From positions 106,270,001-106,334,000 of the forward strand of contig NW_024704742.1 of assembly GCF_018977255.1 (NCBI RefSeq): a stretch of DNA of 64,000 bases, written 5' to 3'. The notes beneath the pieces are model-generated. The model did not search any database and had not been told where the DNA came from. It saw only the letters and a list, made by a program, of their open reading frames with translations. The position numbers and the translations under genes were made by a program. Source of the DNA: Callorhinchus milii. Lineage: Eukaryota. The first letter of the stretch is position 1; every line of letters begins with the position of its first letter. Positions 62,898 through 64,000 of this stretch are shown here, piece after piece.

Positions 62898-63497
62898 TGC
62901 CTTGAGAGGCAAAGAATCATTCCTCAGAAAGTAATGCAGTGTGTCTCAGCATTTGTCAACAAGTGCACTTGATGAATAAAATTTGCCTTTCAACTTCTAC
63001 TGAGACAGTATGGGCTAGCAGCCATACATAAAGTCACGCAATATTGGCTGCCTCTTGGTGGGTGACACAGTGCTTGAGATCTACCCATTGTCTGAACTGC
63101 TGCCCTTTCCACTAGAATTCTAATAACAGACTTTCAGATCCAGCTCTGCATTTGTTTAACTTTCATTGTCAAAGATTTTTTTTAAAAAAATTTGTGATAA
63201 CAAAAAAACTCTTTTTTAGTTTACTTCAAAATCTGCATTTTTGCAGGAGTAGAGGATGACTTGAACCAGAGGGGTGATGTTTCCAGTTTATTTTTGCTGG
63301 GTTTGCACCACAAATCACAACACTGGACTGGGAGTACTTACTCTCCAGCTGGAGGGCATTTCCTTCACATGACTTGGCCTCAGATACAAGCTCTCCAGCA
63401 ACTCTTCTGAGAGCTCCAATTTCCCTATTTAAATACAAAAATAGGTGCAACATTAGGGACATTTGGTCCCAATTCATACATTATTGGATTTTCCCTC

Positions 63498-63547
63498 CAA
63501 GTGTTGTGAAGGAGAAACGTATCAAGTGTTGTGAAGGATAAATGTAT
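63498..63547 (+). repeat. 25-bp tandem duplication
   Basis: CAAGTGTTGTGAAGGA(G/T)AAA(C/T)GTAT at 63498 and 63523. Confidence 0.88.
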
Positions 63548-64000
63548 ATTTTAATAATATGGGAATAGTCTGAGTTTAGTGCACGTGGGCATTACCTTGT
63601 GGCAAGTTTCTGTTAGATGCTTGTTTCAAATAAGAAGTGGGGTGCACACATGATTTAGGGAATTCATGTCATTTACACATGGGTCAGATTGCACACTGTT
63701 GATGGCAAAAGATTTTTTTATAAACTCGTACACATACACTAGAGTGAAAGTCATGATCATGACTTTCATTTCTGGCCATTGTTTGGGGACCTTCTGTGTA
63801 GAACAAATCAAAGATATTGGTGGCTTCTATGAGTGGGGTAAGATCTTGGAAAAATTACTGTATCATGAGTGACTGTAAGTTAGTCATTGGCGAAACAACA
63901 GGAAAGTCATTTTTTCATATTTAGTACACAATACGAGTTTTATTTGAAAGGAAATTCTCTCTGCCAATTATTCTCCTGCAATGTTCTTGCTTCTTCTCCC

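Noticed and set aside
1..64000. CRISPR array, operon-like or prokaryotic defence system, or foreign insert
   Set aside because: No regularly spaced repeat-spacer units and no long ORFs. The GC-rich patches are mostly explained by L2 copies.

Overview
This 64 kb window is AT-rich, CpG-poor, repeat-dense vertebrate DNA that looks intergenic or intronic. The repeat inventory points to a cartilaginous fish, probably a chimaera (inference from recalled repeat families). I could not identify any host protein-coding gene. The protein-like ORFs I can recognise are decayed retroelement pieces: L2 reverse-transcriptase C-termini, CR1 3' ends and one Ty3/Gypsy gag fragment. Main components: (1) about 12 copies of a tRNA(Ala)-headed SINE in long and short forms with an L2-type tail; (2) older Deu-core SINEs; (3) two L2 lineages, including many isolated 50-70 bp tails; (4) CR1 fragments; (5) Tc1/mariner-, piggyBac- and hAT-like MITEs; (6) two short Penelope-type elements carrying minimal hammerhead-ribozyme cores, one with a perfect 14-bp target-site duplication; (7) five copies of a ~450-bp repeat I cannot assign; (8) a local ~0.7 kb duplication that preserves both the filled and the empty site of a SINE insertion; (9) a perfect 21-bp hairpin. 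I found no convincing new multi-gene system. The best leads are the ribozyme-bearing mini-elements and the unassigned repeat family. Repeat boundaries are by eye (about +/-10-30 bp unless stated exactly), and family names come from memory, not from database searches.
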